This document shows positions 12,767 to 25,449 of a stretch of 64,000 nt of DNA, one piece after another (position 1 is the first letter of the stretch; each line of letters begins with the position of its first letter). The notes below the pieces were generated by a model. That model was not told the DNA's origin. It was given only the letters and a program-made list of their open reading frames with translations, and made no database searches. The stretch is from Schizochytrium sp. TIO01 (lineage: Eukaryota; Protista; Bigyra: Labyrinthulomycetes): assembly GCA_004764695.1 (NCBI GenBank), contig SMSO01000014.1, positions 4,722,845-4,786,844 of the forward strand, written 5' to 3'. The translations under genes were made by a program, and so were the position numbers.

Positions 12767-15333
12767 TGCTAGCTAGTACCTCGTGGCGTGCTTTATGGCG
12801 ATCGACGCCATGATCCTCGCCATCTACTTCTTCTTCTTCTCACCCCATCCTTGATGACAAATCAAGTCTCTCTCGCTCCTGAACAGCTCTTCCCTCGCCC
12901 GCTCCGCAGCTTCAGCCCCTGAGCAAGCTCGCGAATCGCCCCACCAAATCACCGTTCTGATCTCACATTCTTGTGCATCAATGCTCTCGTCGTGTCCGAG
13001 TTGTCTACTACACTACAATAAACAAGAATAAATTAAAGAGCTGCTCGGCGCTCGATCACTGCAAAATGTGCGCCAGTTCCCACGAGCAGCAGCTCTGCAG
13101 CTTGCTTTCTCAGCCTTCTACGCTTCGATAATCAGTCAGTCAATCAGATCAATCAAGATTGCGATGGGTCGGTCAGTCAAGAAGAGCCTAGCTCCGCGTC
13201 TTCAAGTACCCTCGTCCGAGCCTCGAGCGCGATCTGCGTCAAGAGATCGGCGTCCACCGCGAGCGCGTGAATGCTCTCTTTCTTTCTTTCTTTCTTTCTC
13301 CACGCGCGCCGGTAATCGCACATTCTTTTATTCTGTTGTCTTTGTTTTGCTTTGCTTTCTTTTTCTTTTTCTTTTCTTTTTCTCTTTGTTTTCTTTTGTT
13401 TCCTTTTCCTATTTTCCCTTGATCTTCTCGATTCTCTCACAGCTATAGCTACCTACCACTACGTACAGCTATGGCTACATACAGCTAAGCAGCACGCTGT
13501 ACAGACAGACTGCCATCGCGTGAATGAATGAATGAATGAATGAAGTGCTTTTCTTTTCAGTTGCGCAGAAAAGCACGTTTTGCGAAACTCTTGATAGCGA
13601 GGAGGATCGAAAACGAATTTGCAAGGCAGGCAGGCAGCCAGCCAGGAAGAGAGAAGGCCTGCCATTCTGCCTATTACAATGAATGTATGTATTGTACGTG
13701 CTTGCTTGCTTGCTTGCTTGCAAGATAGGGCTAAAAGCGAAGGAAAAAGAACTTTGAAAGAAGCGCGCTAGGGGTGGGTAGGACTCGCTTAGGTGAGGCT
13801 AGCCGTTCTTATCGCGCTGTCTATCCCAGCAGTTGTAGAGTTTCCGCTTTCTCCAAATGTGATCCTTTCTTCTTATCACGATTGCTCTATTCGTCTCGAG
13901 TTCTGAGCCTCTCGATGACGATGGTGAGCATGACGATAACGGCGATGCTGTCATTGCTGCTGCTGCTGCTGATGATGCTGATGATGGTGGTGGCGGGTCC
14001 TAGGCCATCTCCAGCTACGCGTTTCTTGCTTCGGTGTATCAGCCAGCTCGGCTTCTGTCGGCGAACTGAGCTGTCCTTCTCGACGAATCGCTATCCTCCG
14101 CAAAAGTTCTGCCAAAGGTTTGTTCCATTTCGAACTAAAAACAATCGATGAAAGAAAGTAAATGATTTTACATTTAAAATAGGAAAAAGAGGTAAATAGA
14201 CACTTAGCTAAGAAAAACAGGCTTTAAAGTAAACATAAAACAAATAAAACGATGATTGATTGATCTGCAAAAGCAAGAAGGAAAGACTGACTGCCTGCTG
14301 CAAATTGCTGTTGACCTGAATGCAAATGAATGAATGAATGAATGAATGAATGATCTCGTACTCTACGACACTTCGGCGGCCTCTGTAGATCGCTCGCCTG
14401 CTCCCTCTCTCCCTCGCTCCGTCCCCTCTGAGCGAAGCAAATAAAGGAGCCACAGGCAAATTGTCCATCTTTCTGTGGATAGATCAATCGCACACACATT
14501 CGTTCGTTTGCTACCTACTTTCAGTACCTGAAATTGAAACTAGAATAGGTAATTCGAGGCAATCTTGCACATATACATATATATATTTACATAAATAATC
14601 CCAAAGACAGGAGCCGCACTTTCCTACGATTGATTTTTTAATTTATTAACCTTTTTAAAACTAATTTAATTTGAGAAGTAAATGAAAAAGAAGAAAAGAA
14701 ACACCTCCTGCTACTAAAAGTTCCTCTTGTGACGAGTCTTCGTCCATAACACAACACACATAACAAATTGATTGAGAAACAAAGGAAACAAGCAGAGGAA
14801 GCTCCTACTAGCAGCGGTAAGGGACTCTTACGCCGGCAAGTTAGGGGAACGTGGGGAACTCAGTCTGCACATCCGGAGGTGGCCAACTCAGCGTCCTGCG
14901 CCTCCTCTGTGACTGGGTACACTGTAAATTTTTTATTCACAAAGGGGTGTGCTCTCCCCAGTGCGTAACTTCCCACACTCTGATTGTTAAAAAGGTACTT
15001 CCTCAGAGGTTCTGCAGAAAATACTCCCGCTACAGGCCAATGTTTGTTAACATCAATACAACAGACGAAAGTATTTGTCGAGAGTACACAGTGATAGAGG
15101 GGGAGAGGGAGTGAGGGAAGCTGTGGGAGTGATTTTGAGAGGAGAAAGGTGAGAAAGATATAGGATATATTTATAGACAGAGTGGTTGAGAGGAGAGGCG
15201 TTGGTATCTGTGTGGTTCTCCTCTCATCTTCCACTGGGACAAAGTCTTCCTCATGCTTCGAAGTCGTGCAGACCCACTACTACATTTGAATTCTACTTTC
15301 GTCTCTTCTTGACACCACTTCTATCTTGACACC

Positions 15334-16869
15334 ATGGTACGTTCACGGTCACTGAGGCCTCCGTGCAGGCTTTCTGCCTCAGCTGGTTGATACCTTCTTT
15401 ACCTCCGCGTTTGGTCCTGCGTATGTATCCATCTGTCGATGCGCCTCGTCGATTGTTCGATCGATTGATTGATCCATTCTTCTCTTGAGAGGGTTTTGTT
15501 CATTTTCGCTCACTCTTCTTGCGAGAGAGAGAGAGAGAGAGAGGTGGATCCTGTTCCTCTTCTGAAGACTCGCTGAGACGCTTCTTCTCCTGGTCCTTCC
15601 CTGGCAATGCCCGTGGCTAGCCTCTCCCAGGCTATCGTCCGTCTTTGTGTGCGTCTTCGACTTTCTGTGAATGATGGAATCGATTGATTGAGCTGTAAAT
15701 GTTTTCGTTTTTTAACATTGTGGATTGAGAAGATCAATCTCTCATAGAGAATAGATATATACATTATACTATGTGTATGTATATATATACCTATGAGAGA
15801 TAGATACATTCGCTTCTCTGTGCTTCTCTTTCTGTTTGTCTTCTTCTGTGTGTGGCACTGCTCACGAAGCAAGGGGAGGCGAACGTATGCGATGCCGGAG
15901 GCAAGCTGCCACACTGCAGCTTTCATAGCGGAGAAAGGAGTCGCTGTCAAGCAGGCGGTTCGAGTCGGTCCAGACTGGCAGTTTCTTCTTCATCAATCTT
16001 TTGCTCTTTCTTACATGCGTTGTGACGTACTATTATATGTATATGCATGTATGAATGTCCGCCTCCTACAAGGCAAGTCAAGTTAGAATCTGCCTGATGG
16101 GACCCGATGGGACCGGCGTCTTCTGTTGGAGATAGAAGGAAGGCCTTGTGCCTATCTTTTATAGACCATGAGGACTTGACGCTTCATCAGTAAAGTTTGT
16201 GTAAACGCTCATGCAATTGTAGAGAGCCAGGGGACGACAACGAGGGACTGCTGATATGGCGCGCGATTAGGAGAGAAGATGGCAACTATTATATAACGCT
16301 TAAAGAAAGAAAACCCGAGGCAGTGTGACGAATATGAGAATAAATGTTGATTGATGACTAACCTGCCGTGAATCTATAAACTGTAACCTCTACTTTGTGT
16401 TTCGGGTGTTTGATGTTGGTTGATTTTAAAATCACAGTCGGGCATCCAGTGCGAGGACAACTGTGTGACGGAGTTCAACAGGTTTAAGCTCCAGAACAGC
16501 CAGAAGGGCGAGAAGCGCCGCTACCTTATCTTCCGCATTCAGGACGAGAAGATCGTGCTCACCAAGGAGGGCCACGAGGACGAGACCTGGGGCGACTTCC
16601 TCGAGGCTCTCTCTGAGGTTGACAACGATGGTGCCTACGGTATCTTTGACTTCCACTGCAGAACCGACGACGACCGTATTCTCATGAAGGTTCTCTTTGT
16701 TGCCTGGAGCCCGGACACCCTCCCGGTCAAGCCCAAGATGCTTTACTCTTCTTCCCGTGAGCAGTTCAAGTCTGAGCTCGGCTCCGGTATCGCCTACTCT
16801 ATCCAGGCCACCGACATCTCTGACCTCGACGAGGAGGAGATCACCGAGATGGTCAAGAAGGGCCGCTAA
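15334..16869 (+). CDS. Cofilin / actin-depolymerizing factor; coding exon 1 is the ATG only (15334-15336), exon 2 is 16438-16869, 144 aa
   Basis: ADF-H motifs (SGIQCEDNCVTEFNRFKL, RYLIFRI, YGIFDF, KVLFVAWSPDTLPVKPKMLYSSS, IQATD). The track ORF starts at TTG inside the intron. ACCATG|GTACGT at 15331-15342, branch GACTAAC ~16356 and CAG ending 16437 give MSGIQC... Codons are strongly biased to GC3. Confidence 0.92.
15337..16437 (+). other. Predicted spliceosomal intron (1101 nt) immediately after the cofilin start codon
   Basis: GTACGT donor directly after ACCATG, GACTAAC branch and TCACAG acceptor. The donor choice is inferred. Confidence 0.75.
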
Positions 16870-19691
16870 ACGTGGTCATGACCCCTGCCCATATGCTATA
16901 TGCACCACGTTGCGTTGAAAAGATTGTGATTACAATAACAACAACAGCCACAGCACACTGTTGTCGCCGTCGCCGTTAGTTTCTTTTCGCAGTGTTTTTA
17001 TGCTTGCCTTTCGTCAACACTTGAACAAACACATTGATTGCAAAATCACCTAAAAAGCATTTCAATTTCTCATAAATCTGTTGTTTTTGTCGTTGTTATA
17101 TATTTCTTTGCTCATTCTGCACTCTTTTATCATTTTCCTCTGCCTCTTTCCTTTCCTTTCGCGAAGTCGCCGTCTATATACAACTTCCTCTGGTGGTGCG
17201 ACCCCAGCTTCTACCTCGACAGCATACTCATTATCCAATTTCCAAAGATCTGATTTGCTTCGTTCATGTGAGAAAGTTGTTCTGATTCAAATTTGGTTTA
17301 GACAAGACAAGTGCTTGATGCTCTACTCTAGAGATCGCGGATTGCTGTTCATGTATCTGTGATAATTGATAAAGTGATTTGGTTGCAATGAGGGTCAGTC
17401 ATTACGACGAGGTTTTTTACTTAAGCCAAACGATTTCACCTCATCACCTCTGACTGGGTTTGACTGCGATTTTTTCATAAATAATGTACACGTTCCTAAC
17501 CCAGCTTTCTTATATTCGCGCAACCTAACGAATTGGGTGTATCTCTGTCTTACTGGTCAGGTATTAAATAAATTAAAAGAAAGCTATGTAGCGATCACCG
17601 GTCTCCACTGTGAACACCTCAAATTCCTGTTATGGAGAAATGGTTGACAGAATCCCGCTTCTGAAAATTGGCATCAAGAATTGTATTTCCTACTTCATGC
17701 CACAGACGCGATACTCTGCCAAATTGCTTTTGCGCGGCTGGGTGCATCATCAGCAGGTGAAACGCTCCAAGTCTTTTGACCATTCTATTAACTAGCTCTG
17801 TATTTCACTGAGCAAATGCACCGGCTAGTTGTCCTTACTTTTATTTAATACATCATGTCATCGTAAAACCCTGAGCCGTCATTGAGGTGCAAAGAGTTCG
17901 AGGCTTGTTCATCGACCCAGTAGTGGAGCGGTCACTAAATTACAAGCAAGCAAGCAAGCAAGCGAGCGAACCTTCAGACAGGCACCTGATATTATGGTTG
18001 TTGTCGTTGTCATTGTCATTGTCATTGTCGTTGTACCCCTTCGTATGTGCAGCCATGATCTCTATAGTACTAGGCATTGCTGGGATCGCCGTTGAGGGCA
18101 GTTGGCACTACCTTAAGGTGACTTAGGTGCAGCTATTGGATGGAGGGAGAATATATAGATGTTGTGACGAAAGGCCTCTCATTGGCAGGCGGCGGCGGTG
18201 CCTTGTTGATCAGTACTTACTACCGTGTGCTGCGAGCTCCAAGTCCCTTTGCAAAGGTTGAAAATTCGTTGTTGTTTGCTCTTCGATTTCTTTTTCATTT
18301 CTCTAAAACAGCGCTTACCATACATACATATCATTCATTCATTCACTTTGAGTGTTTTTTTGTTTCGACAAACGAAACAATTTTACTTTTTTCCTGTTAT
18401 TGAAAGCAGGAAGAAAAGGTCTCATGTATTTGCGCCATCAAACGAAAAGAGTTGTTTCCAGCAACCCTGTGAACGGCTTGCAAGCAGGAGAGGATGCCCA
18501 TGCTTGCACTCACTCACTCCATCCTACACCCTGTGACCGGCCTGTTTCGTGGCCAGCCTCAGCATCGACAGCGCTAGATAGGTCATGAACACCATTAAGG
18601 CGACACAGCGACAAAGAAACGAACTCACTAATGAAACAACCAACACCTATTAGTGTTGCAGGTAGACAGGTGCTACGTGGCTACTTTGGGGTCGAGCGGA
18701 TGTAAAGTCTACTGTAGATTGCAGAGCACAAAGTGCGTTTTAAAAGTGCTCTATAGTATCTTGCGGCTTGCAAGTGAGGTATAGACGTTATAGGCTATAG
18801 TGGCGGCAGGAGAGGCGAATGCTAGTAGCGTCAGGGAATGAAGGATGAATAGAAAAAATTGTTAATTTATTTTAAGACAGAGGAATACCGAGTGATCGTG
18901 TGTGAGCGGTAAAGCAAGAAGCCCGGGCAACCTCTTGCCAAACGCGAGCTAGGGAAATCGAAATAGCATTGGAGCTTCTCTCAAAGGCACCGCTCTCTGC
19001 TTTCCCACGTGGCTCCGAGCCTCTGTCTCGGTCGTGCCTCATTCACCTCTTTTCCTCTGGGCTCTCCGGAAAAAGAGAGGAAAAATAACGAGAAAGAAAA
19101 GAGGAAATACAGGAATAAATACATACATACATACAAACAAAGAAACAAACAAACTGAGAAAAGCGCTCTCTAACAGAGCTCTTTTCGACGCAGACAAACA
19201 AGCGCTTCGGTTGATCGTGGGGCTCGAGGACGCTATTGAGGTCCTTGAGAGGAGCCAGGCGTCCCTTTGGGTTAGGAAAGGATCTGGCAGTAGACTCTAC
19301 AGGTATCAGAAGAGGAAAAGCAGTCCTTGGCACCAGTGCCAGGTGGCCTCTTTCTTTTCCGAAGATCTTGCCTTTTCACAGCATCAACCCTGCGTCAGGT
19401 GGAGTTTCTTTGGACAAGTGCCGTCTTTCAGGCAGCGTAGATAAAGTGTTCTTCGAGTCGTGTGTGTAGGAGTCTCGAGTGCTACATTTTCTAGTGTTTC
19501 TGTTCTTGTCTATTTTGGTTGCAAATAACTTGCTACTCTGTGGAGCAGAAGGTGAAATTGCAAGTGCAACCTATTCAAGTGGGTCTTGTGAATCTTGAAG
19601 CTCTACACAGCCGAAAAACTTAATTTCTTTGAGAAACTTGTAGATCTCAAACAGTTCCTTTTGCAAGACAAATAACACCCTTTTAGGCACA

Positions 19692-20852
19692 ATGATGAAC
19701 AAGGATGAAGCCCTCAGGGCACGGCAAATTGGCCACAAATACCTGTCAGAAGGAAACTATGAGAAGGCTATCAAGTTTCTTGAAAAGAGTGTGAGCATGT
19801 TCGATTCACCAGAAGCACGTGCGCTCTTAGCAAAGGCAAAACGAGGCCCTGACTCCAGTACAAACGCGAGTAGTGGGGCGAGCACCGCTAACAGTAGCAC
19901 CGGGGGATTTAGACGCCGCACAAACGCAAGTAGTGCTACCTCCTCGTCGTCGTCTTCAACTTCAAGTACTAGCGCACCCCAGGATACACGGCCATACACT
20001 GCAGAGCAGGTGCGCGTTGTGAAGGAAATTACTCGATGCAAGGACTTGTACACAATGCTTGGTGTTGAACGTTCAGCAACGGCGGTTGAAATCAAAAAGG
20101 CTTATCGTAAACGCGCAATTAAGGTGCACCCTGATAAAAACAGTGCGCCTGGTGCGGATGAAGCATTCAAGAGCATCAATAGGGCTTTTAGCATCCTTAG
20201 CGATGGCCAGAAAAGATCTGAATACGATACCTATGGCGAAACTTCAGACAACCCAGCGCAGTATGCCAGAAGACAACACGCTGATGATTTTGATCCAACT
20301 GACATTTTTCGGGAAGTATTTGGTGCCCAATTTGGTGGGGGTATGGGCGGTCCTGGCGTTCGCATGTACCATTTTGGACCCGGAGGTTTTCAGCGACAAG
20401 GTGCACGAGGGCAGGCTACCAACGCAGATCGGGCAGCTGGATTCTTGCAGATCCTTCCCATTCTTATTCTCTTTCTTTTGAGCTTTATTTCCCTTCCCCA
20501 AGCAAATGAGGGCACTTTTTCATTCAAGGCGACTACGCGCTTCCCAATTTACCACAAGACGGCAGAACCACACATCTATCCGGATATACCATTTTACGTA
20601 TCGCAGGATACACACAAGCGATGGCGTATGGATCCCCGCATGCGTTTTCATGTTGAACAGGATGTTATGCAAAATTACCATTCGCACTTGGAAAACCAGT
20701 GTCGTACGGACAAGAAAGACTACCGCCGGAGGAAGCTGGCTTCAATGGACCCAGCCAGCTGTGTGGAGCTTCAGAACATAAAAGATTTTATGCTTCAGAA
20801 AACTTCCAACAGCCGCATGAGCGGCAAGCGGCGAGTACAGTCTGATCCCTAA
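19692..20852 (+). CDS. DnaJ/Hsp40 ER-membrane co-chaperone, DNAJB12/14-like
   Basis: N-terminal NKDEALRA...KFLEKS helix, J domain with HPD (KVHPDKN), G/F-rich linker, one TM segment ([16 protein letters not shown]) and a luminal DUF1977-like tail. Confidence 0.92.
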   Translation: MMNKDEALRARQIGHKYLSEGNYEKAIKFLEKSVSMFDSPEARALLAKAKRGPDSSTNASSGASTANSSTGGFRRRTNASSATSSSSSSTSSTSAPQDTRPYTAEQVRVVKEITRCKDLYTMLGVERSATAVEIKKAYRKRAIKVHPDKNSAPGADEAFKSINRAFSILSDGQKRSEYDTYGETSDNPAQYARRQHADDFDPTDIFREVFGAQFGGGMGGPGVRMYHFGPGGFQRQGARGQATNADRAAGFLQILPILILFLLSFISLPQANEGTFSFKATTRFPIYHKTAEPHIYPDIPFYVSQDTHKRWRMDPRMRFHVEQDVMQNYHSHLENQCRTDKKDYRRRKLASMDPASCVELQNIKDFMLQKTSNSRMSGKRRVQSDP

Positions 20853-21687
20853 ATGATGCAATTGGCTCTTCTCCTTTGTTTCTGAGATTTTTGGTTCCCA
20901 TTCTCCTCAATGTCTTTGTGTTGGTCCTTCTTTGGCCGTTGCAAGTTTTCTCGATTTAGTGTTTTCTGTGACTGAAAAACAAACAAACTAGATTAACATA
21001 ACGAGTGCGGGAAAAGTTAAATGCTTGTCCCCTGCTTGTTGTTGTGAAGGTAGAGGAGGGAGGGCTGTTGAATACCACCCACTAATTTACCCCAAGTATA
21101 AACGATAATGTGTGCATCGCGCGAGGAGCGCTGATTCCCCCCCTTCTCTTTTAGATTCCTTGCTGTGTTCGTTGTTGTTTATTTGATTTCAGTAATTCTT
21201 TTCATCGACACTTTTGCATTTAGACTAGCTGCATCTATTGATGTGTTTCTGACTTCTATTACGTAGATCGTTATCCCCACGACTGAGAGGATACTTATAT
21301 ATACCTAGTACAACATTATGTGTGACAGAAGTTTCAATCTGCACCATATAGCGATTAGAAAGAACTCACACTTCTTTTCCAAAGGTAAAGTAAAAACGAA
21401 GGTGATAGTGTAATCAGCTAAATTTTCATACTCGATCAAATCTTGCTCGAATATTATTACTTCAACGTGTAGCAATGTACAATCATACTTCCTTTAAACT
21501 CTATCATACTTTAGAATATTAAGTTCATTGATAAGCTTGATTTCTAATCATGTTCTGCAATGACCCAGAATTTGAACTGGATTGTACAATGGTGGTAGAT
21601 CTTTGAGTTCGGTTACATTCGACCAGGTAATGCTCAAGTCCCGGCAACACAACATGTTTATTTTAAAACTCGTTTCCTCCCTCCAAA

Positions 21688-22377
21688 TCATTTCTTGCCC
21701 GGCGCATTTCGCTGTGCAGGGTTGGACTTGAATGCAGCACTACTAAGGTCAACCTTTTCACGCTGCGATTTAGTTGCTTCAGACCACCACTCAAGCTGGT
21801 CAAAACCACGGCCGCTATATCCTGCCCATTGGTTTTCATCTACCTCAGGGAGCAGCGTGCCATCAGTATCCAACACTTTGTGTGCTTGCGGCACAAGGAT
21901 TTGAGCAGAAACAGAGAGGCATCCGAGTTCACCAAGATAGGTTCTCATGTTAACAGCAGCGCGAGCGCCGCCCCATTGACCCATAGAGTAGGCCACGATA
22001 AGGCTCGGTTTGTACGAGAAGAGGCTGCTTCCAAAGTGGTTAAGCATGTTTGCAAGTGCAGGTGACATCGAGTGATTGTATTCTGGGCTCACAGTCACAA
22101 AGCCGTCGGCATCAGCAATGAGCTGAGCGAGCTCATCAGCACGACCTGGCGCACGACCTTTTGCGTAACTAAAATGAGGCCTAAAAGAGCTTGGATCTTC
22201 GTCGAGAGGCCATTCTAGAGGGTCCACCAGATCAACAGAGTGCCCACGAGACTCGAGGCCTCGTACGCAGAATTTTGCTACGCGCTCGCCAACTCGGGTA
22301 GGTTGTGGGGCTCCTTTCGTACGAACAGAGCCCAAAAAGACTAGAAAGCGTTGCGGTTTCGAGCATCCACGCATCAT
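21688..22377 (-). CDS. NADPH-dependent FMN reductase / quinone reductase (flavodoxin-like fold)
   Basis: Motifs FLGSVR, ADGFVTVSPEYNHS and YSMGQWGGARA. First ATG is at 22377 (the track start is TTG). Confidence 0.9.
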   Translation of the reverse strand: MMRGCSKPQRFLVFLGSVRTKGAPQPTRVGERVAKFCVRGLESRGHSVDLVDPLEWPLDEDPSSFRPHFSYAKGRAPGRADELAQLIADADGFVTVSPEYNHSMSPALANMLNHFGSSLFSYKPSLIVAYSMGQWGGARAAVNMRTYLGELGCLSVSAQILVPQAHKVLDTDGTLLPEVDENQWAGYSGRGFDQLEWWSEATKSQREKVDLSSAAFKSNPAQRNAPGKK

Positions 22378-24950
22378 TTTGAACGTTTCGCAGGCTGCGA
22401 GAGTCTTCAAAGGTATGGTTTCAACCACGCAGAAAGTCAACAAGCAAGGCTCAATCAATCTAAGCAACTTCGAAACCCAGTGTAGATAAAGCAAGCTCCC
22501 CGTGAGGCAGCTTGAGGACGCGAAGGCTTTCTACTCCTGTATTGTGGCCACTACGAGCTACGCTCCTTGGCAGCACCACTGGATGGTTTGTTCACGGCTG
22601 AAGTACTTCAAGCCTGAGCAAGCAAAGCGCAGGGCTTCAGGTTGACGGTGCTTTTGTTATCTCCGAAATTGAATCTCGAGTTTTTATCTCAGTTCCGCTG
22701 TGTGGAAGCATAAAGGAAAGAACGTGGTTTCGGTGAAGAGTATTGCGTTCATTGCGTTATGCTGAGTCTCCGCAATGCTGCTTACTGGTAAGTCGCGAGC
22801 TAAGTTTGTCCGTGTGGTCAGTACTCTACACCAAAAAGAACAATTAGTAAAACAAGGTTTGAGGAACTTTTCCAGTACCTAGGAAAGAAGAAAACAAGGT
22901 TGAGGCATCGTCAACTTACTTTTACTGGGTTCTCGTCTTCAGAAAGAAAGTCTTCAAGTGAGGTCGCCCTTGTAAGACTTGAAAGGTCGTCTTGGAGCGA
23001 GAAGATACGTTGCTATATGCACGACTCAGAGGGTCAGTTCTTGAGCCTCTATTTGTAGATGTAGGAGATAGATGGATACCTTTTATTCAAGTGATCAACA
23101 CGGAGTATCTATTTCCTTCTGTGGTTTTTGTTTTGACACTGTACTCTTGTATGAATGTATTTCTGGAGAGATATTTGGACGTCCAGCTACGTCAGAGTCT
23201 AGTAGCCATGTTTTCCTTGGGAACCGAAGTCATGGCCTAGAGTACGAGCAAACTTCGACTATCATGGCGCTCTTGTTGCGCAAGTAAGGAAGCTAGTTTC
23301 TTGCTTATAGAAGAAAGATAATCAATCCTCTTGACTTGGAAATCTTAATCTAAATGGTTTTTGTAGACAAAAAGTGTAGCACCTCTAGAGTAGTGATCCA
23401 TGGCTTACTTTCGAGAGATTTGACTTCGCTTACAATCGCAACGAGATCTTTAGAGCACCAGGATGATAGAGAGACCCAGGCACATCTACAATATTTCCAC
23501 TTCGCGGGGCAGAGAGTGAGTTTGGTTTAATCATGGTAGTCGAACATCGCCTCAGCTCACGCAGCATTGGTGCGAAGAAATTAGGACTTTCAAGTTCAAC
23601 AAGCATCGCTGTATTGCTTTTCGCAATTTCCCCTTCAAAGAACCCAGGACGGAGTATTGAAGAAATCCTAGTCAGTAAATTCGCAGTGTGAAACTGCTTC
23701 AGCAAAATCATTCGAGCGAGCAAGAATTACGCAACCGCAACCTTGTCATAAGAGTGATTGGCAAGGGACAGCTAAACCCTGATATGCTGTTCATTACTCC
23801 CAAACCACTTCATCTTCAATCACATCTATGATGGCGGTCTCGAAGGCCCACACGCGCTACCTATTTGGAATGTAGTCGCAAGAGCACGGGCATTCTAAAA
23901 AGCACGCGGGTAATGTCCTCATTATACACACTCGCAAGACCAAGTTTGAGGAGGTGTAAACACGAAATCTCAAGGTCTAAAAGTCTATTGAGGTGCGAAG
24001 TTCTTCAACCAAAGAGTGAGAGGAATGGAAATTTGCGTGGTCAATCTATTTATGCACCCTCCATGAAACCTTCCCATGTGTGAACTCTTCTGTAAAGACG
24101 AAACCGATCTCGATTGGTTTGGGCACCAATGTGCTCCGTCACTAATTTTCGTAGACCCAATACGCTCAATGAAAGCGCGTGTGCAGGTCTTCAAGACCCG
24201 AGGCCTTGCATCCACGAAGCAGTGTTGCGCTGCGCTTTTAACTTTCCTCTGCGAGGGCCGGGGCGCCCAAGCTCGTTTGAGCTTTGGGCTCCTTGCGCAC
24301 GCACACCGATCGTCCGAACGAGCGAACTTTTCAGGGTGTATGAATAAATGAGTAAGCTGCCAGGAGATTGGTCTTCCTCCTCAATTGCTACGTGGCAAGA
24401 GTCGCCATGAAAAGATTGAGCTTGAGACGACTAAGAGATAGATCTCTGCTTTGATGTGGAGCTTGGGATATGAAAACGGGGACAACAAGAGCTCGACGCT
24501 GCCTCTACTTTGGCAGATAGGTGAGATAAGCGCTTGCCGACATGGCGAATAGAGTCACTTGCAATTGCAGTGGGACATCAGCTTTGACTGAGCTTTGGCT
24601 GATCGACTCACGTCGTCTCTCTGCAGGAGTGCAATAGGCTTGAACTCCAGTAACTAGGTACCTGCGACGAGGCGCCTCAAGGTTCTTTCTGTGTGCAAAA
24701 TAGCGTACACCTGAATGCCAGAAGGAATGGTACTTTTACAAAATACTTGTATTTTTTTTAAATAACTTTTTCAGCCCCAAAGAAGAAAATGCAAGCCCCA
24801 ACAGAAAAAGTTGTTTGCAAGCAGAAAAGAAAAGGCAACTGCTGTAGACCTATCGGATAGTATCTCCCTTGGCCTGTGCTTTCCACCGAAAGTGAGAGCT
24901 TTGTGTGGAGCTTGCGCTTGAGCTTGAACCCGAGGCAGCAACGATCTTGC

Positions 24951-25013
24951 AAAAAAAAAAAAAAAAAAAAAAGTGCTTTATTACTCTTTTTTTTTCTTCT
25001 TTTTTTTCTTTTT
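24951..25013. repeat. A22 tract followed closely by a T-rich tract
   Basis: Read directly; it lies upstream of the LRR-NEL gene and may act as a nucleosome-excluding promoter element. Confidence 0.8.
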
Positions 25014-25328
25014 CCAAAATAAAATAGTACTAGGCCCTGCTAATGCGTAGATAGGGCTGTTGAAGCTTTAGGGAAAAGGCGTACGAACTAAAGTGAGCAA
25101 ATCCTGCACGTGCGCGAAAGACCTCGATTTCTTCCTTCCCTCTTTGTGGAGTTTGTAGTAGACGAGCGTAGCAGAATACCAGCGATGTTCAAGACAATCT
25201 TGGCGTCAAAGTTTGAAGGCAAACCATAGAGGACAGGAAAGAATCATTGAGGGAAGCCGGCGAGAGAGCTTACTTGAAGGAATGAGCTGGGGACTCAAAG
25301 TGCTAGCTAGCGTTCTAGTAGTGGTCAG

Positions 25329-25444
25329 GTACCTTCTATTTTATGTTGAAACATCATCAATTGAGAATTGATGGATCGATCGATCGATAATCAATGCATG
25401 TAAAATCAGAACTAAACTTGAAAAACAAACAATCAAACACTCAG
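25329..25444 (+). other. Predicted 5'UTR spliceosomal intron of the LRR-NEL gene (116 nt)
   Basis: CAG|GTACCT donor at 25329, AT-rich body, branch-like ACTAAAC at 25411 and CTCAG acceptor ending 25444, 5 nt before the ATG at 25450. Confidence 0.55.
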
Positions 25445-25449
25445 CCGCG

